From positions 212,700 to 276,699 of the forward strand of contig QPMI01000499.1 of NCBI GenBank assembly GCA_004431415.1: a stretch of DNA of 64,000 nucleotides, in the 5' to 3' direction. Position 1 is the stretch's first letter, and the number at the start of each line of letters is the position of its first letter. The translations under genes and the position numbers were made by a program. The stretch is from Cyanophora paradoxa CCMP329 (lineage: Eukaryota > Plantae > Glaucophyta). Positions 60,718-64,000 of the stretch are shown here, piece after piece. The notes beneath the pieces are model-generated. The model was not told the DNA's origin. It did not search any database and saw only the letters and a list, made by a program, of their open reading frames with translations.

Positions 60718-63270
60718 ATGCCACATTCCTTAGTACTCTCATTTGGTGATCGCAACAAGGTCACCCATGTATTTGATTCTGCCGAAGATGCCCTTGAAGC
60801 CATTGATAATAGCAAGGTAAGACCTGGGCTGAATGCATTCAGCCTGAACAAGTCACCAGAGTTTACCTGGACCTGGATAAATTCGCTGATTTGAAGGAGA
60901 ACATTGCTGAAAACTATGCTGAGGCGGAAGCTGTTGTAAGAGAGATGAGAGATAAGCTATGGAAGCGATCTGGACCACTTCGATTAACGATATTGCTGTT
61001 GCAGTTCGCCATAGAAGGGTTTATTTGATCAAGGAGGATGTCACCAAGTTCAAGATCTCAGCCCACTTTATCATTAAATCGCTTGCATGCAAACATGAAG
61101 ATATCCCCAAGCTTTTCAAAGCTATGGGATTGGTGAAAAATGAGGATTATGACAGTGGAGTTTACAGCTCCACACAGAACCTTATCTGCCTCAATTGCTG
61201 CAAAGGTGAGACTCTGGATGCTCAAAATAAATCGAAAAAAGATGTTGATAAAAACGTTTGCTTTAAGAAATTCGTTGACTGTGACAAAGTGTTAATGCGA
61301 AATGAGGACTTCTTTGTATCTTACTTCTCAGCTACTACTAAACTTGTGGATGAATCGAATATTTCTGCATTCGCAAATTATAGCCCTGAGCCAAAACCAG
61401 TTAAAAAGGAGCCAAAAAGTGATAAAGTGAAGACTGAGAAGGTAGAAGCTGAAAAAGACACTGAACCCGAAAATCCTGTTACTTTCGAACTGCTACAAAG
61501 TGTTATAATGGGTCTGAATGGTGAGAGAGCTAATGAGTATAAAACTTGGATTGATGTAGGACTGGTCATCATCAATGTTGGGGAAGACAACAAGTTCACC
61601 CCTAAAATGCAAGCTGAACTCTTCCACCAATTCTCAGAACAGAGTGACAAGTATGATTATGATGAATGCCAGGAGAAGTTTACACAGCTTCGCAGAAGCA
61701 AGAAGAAGGCTGAGCCTGGCAAAGTGTTGACCTTCAAATCCTTGGTTTATTGGTTGAGCAAAGATAACAATGAGCTTTTCAAGGAACTCTTCCCCAAAAA
61801 GTATGCATTCCTACCAGAGGACACAGATGAAATCGATTACAAGACTGCAAGTATCCCTCCTTTGGCTGAACATTACAATGTGCATAAGAGGTATTTCAAT
61901 GCTCGAATGCATCATGTTGAAAATGTTGGTTGTGTGATGCTCTGGGATGAACAACTACTTTGCTGGATGCCCAAAGATATTGGGAAGCTCTCTACAAAGC
62001 ATTTCCCCCACTTGATGCATAAGGTGATTGTGAATGAGGGGACAGATAATGAGAAAGAGAAATGGGAGCAATCATTTAGGAAATGGATTGTGGATCCAAC
62101 AGCCACAAGATCAACTTACATGGATTTCCTCCCACCTCCTGCTACTCTCAGTGCAAAATGCAAGTCTGTATTTAATCTCTATCCAGGAATGAAGGTCGAC
62201 CATCAGCAATTCGAAAATGCTCCAGAGGATGTAACTGCTGAGATGATTAAGCCTTTCCTAGATCACTTGTTCTTAATGTCTGGTGAGGATCAAAATACCT
62301 ATGAATATCTGTTGAAATGGTTTGCCCACATGCTGCAAAAGCCTGGGGAACTCAATGGAGTATCCTTAATCTTCATTGGTGAACAGGGAACTGGTAAAAT
62401 GTGTTGGTTGATACTTTCCAAAAGAAGATACTTGGAGATGCCCTGAGTTATGCAACTGGTAAGCCAAAAGAGGATCTGTTTGGTCGATTTGCCCACAATA
62501 GAGAGGATAAGATCTTGATTGTTGTGAATGAAGCCTCAGGCAAGGACACATTCGAAAATAATGATATGCTTAAAGATCTCATAACTTCTGATAAGATTGT
62601 AATTGAACACAAAGGGATAGATTCATACACAAAAAGCAACTTTGCCAGGATTATATTCACCAGCAATAATAACATTCCAGTAAAATTGAAGCTGGAGATA
62701 GGCGATTTGTGGTTGTTGAAGTTAGTAAGAAATTCGCAAAGGATAGGTCATACTTCCTTCCACTTGTAAAATGGCTAAATGATCACTGCAATATTCGAAA
62801 CATTGCCCACTATTTGAGAACCAAAGTTGACTGTGAGGATGTGAACTGGATTGCTGATAGACCCCTTACAAATAAATACTATTTAGCCCAACAGGTATGC
62901 GCCCAATCATTCTTATGTTCACTAAGTGGCTTGTGGATCGAGGCTTAATTTCCGAGAATAAATGCAAGTCTGGTAGCCTTGTGGAAACCTGGAAGTGGTT
63001 CCAGGAGTTCATTACCAGCAACAAATATAAAAACGATTATAATAGTCGCAGATATTATACTGAAATGAGAAGTGTTACATATATCAAGTGAAAACTACAA
63101 ATGGCAAACAATACTATCATTTCCTATTCCCACAAGTATTTGAGGAATTCAGAAAGATGAAGCTTGTAGATGATGAGACTATTGAGGAAGAAGCTAATCC
63201 AAGGATGAAACAAGACCTACCTGCTGCTGATCCTGATGCATCAGATTATGATTCTGATGTTGAAGTTTAG
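60718..63270 (+). CDS. AEP primase - PriCT-2 - SF3 (D5/DUF5906-like) helicase, frameshifted
   Basis: RVYLDLD (~60855), KISAHFI, DSGVYSSTQNL; YKTWIDVG..FHQFSEQSDKYD; WFAHMLQKPG..GEQGTGK; IVVNE; LKDLIT..EHKG; IFTSNN. Confidence 0.9.
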
Positions 63271-63449
63271 GTTTACTCAAAAGTGGACTCATAGTTGACT
63301 CAAATTTATCATAAAAGACCCAAACAGTCTTTTATTTATGGTTTATTTATCGATTAGGTTGACTAAGTGGGGGAGTTGACTCATTTTTTCACAGATTCTA
63401 AAGAGGACTCTGCCCTAAAAAGAAATAAAAAGTGCCTCAACTCCACCCA

Positions 63450-63929
63450 CTAAGTCAACTTAACACTTAGATCACTTCTACATACTGGACATTTGAATTG
63501 ATCTTTTGATGGCAGCTTTGCTGTGCAGTCACCACATACTTGACTATTACACTTGAAACAACTCCATGTCCCAGGGGGTTCATCAGTTTCCAAACAAATA
63601 ACACATGTTTTATCCTCTTCCCTCTCAAAAGATATGATGACATCATGTAAGAATGATTTCAGTATACTCTGAAATCGATTGAGGAACTAAGTAACCACTG
63701 TCTTTAAGAGAATAAAGCAAAGTTGCTTTCTCTCAGGAGAATATCCATTCACCATTCAAGTTATGAAACATTTTGACATGCTTTTCAGTATAAGAAATCA
63801 CATAAATTTTGTTTTCATTCAATGAGCGATCTAAAGATCTCTGGTTGCATCAGTAAACATACTTGTGGCATCCTCAACAGGTATTGAGGTCAAAGATTTC
63901 AGAGTTTCTATGATATCTTGGGTATTCAT
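63450..63929 (-). CDS. RING-finger protein (frameshifted; absent from the ORF track)
   Basis: ATG 63929 MNTQDIIETLKSL; C-terminal CVICLE..WSCFKCNSQVCGDC..KCPVCRS, stop at 63450. Confidence 0.75.
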
Positions 63930-64000
63930 CGATCCTTTCTACTAGTAGAAAAGAAAATAATTTTTCCTCTATATCCTTTTTCAAATTCGCTTTAAGCCAT

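Larger units (their letters stand above)
43632..64000. mobile_element. Endogenous Polinton-like virus / virophage-like dsDNA viral element (>20 kb, right end outside window)
   Basis: Abrupt switch to AT-rich, intron-less, tightly packed genes including MCP, two penton-like proteins, A32 ATPase, primase-helicase, lipase and fibres. Confidence 0.9.

Noticed and set aside
52340-62720. Programmed ribosomal frameshifting
   Set aside because: Too many breaks across unrelated genes, with no consistent slippery site or structure.
44232-63460. The two GTTGACTAAGTGGG regions as the virus TIRs
   Set aside because: They are short, internal and in direct orientation, and viral genes continue beyond 63460.
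43632-64000. Bacterial prophage or contaminant, suggested by tail-fibre and speD genes
   Set aside because: Jelly-roll capsid genes, A32 ATPase, RING and AT-hook proteins, and no terminase/portal/tail genes point to a eukaryotic Varidnaviria element; contig chimerism still needs read evidence.

Overview
The window has two compositionally distinct parts. 1-~43,630 is very GC-rich eukaryotic (protist/alga-like) nuclear DNA with short introns. It holds a RADX-like OB-fold gene, a GH63/MGH1-like glycoside hydrolase with several GC-AG introns, hypothetical genes and an F-box/LRR gene whose 5' part is tandemly duplicated. It also holds a dense set of mobile elements: a CACAG MITE with a 3-bp TSD, a young non-autonomous LTR element with a 4-bp TSD, a 5'-truncated LINE, and a 13-kb foldback element with a 6-bp TSD whose empty site is also in the window. 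At 43,632 a nested hairpin marks an abrupt switch to AT-rich, intron-less, gene-dense DNA that runs off the right edge. This is an endogenous Polinton-like/virophage-like dsDNA virus. It encodes a double-jelly-roll MCP with NCLDV-like motifs, two head-to-head penton-like proteins, an A32-type packaging ATPase, an AEP-PriCT2-SF3 primase-helicase, a patatin-discoidin fusion, an AdoMet decarboxylase, a RING protein and AT-hook proteins. It also carries a ~7.5-kb array of bacteriophage-like fibre genes; four of them share one N-terminal domain with different C-terminal heads. No integrase or pPolB is visible in the window. Many viral genes carry single-base frameshifts (sequencing error or decay). 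All family calls come from motif recognition by eye, not database searches.
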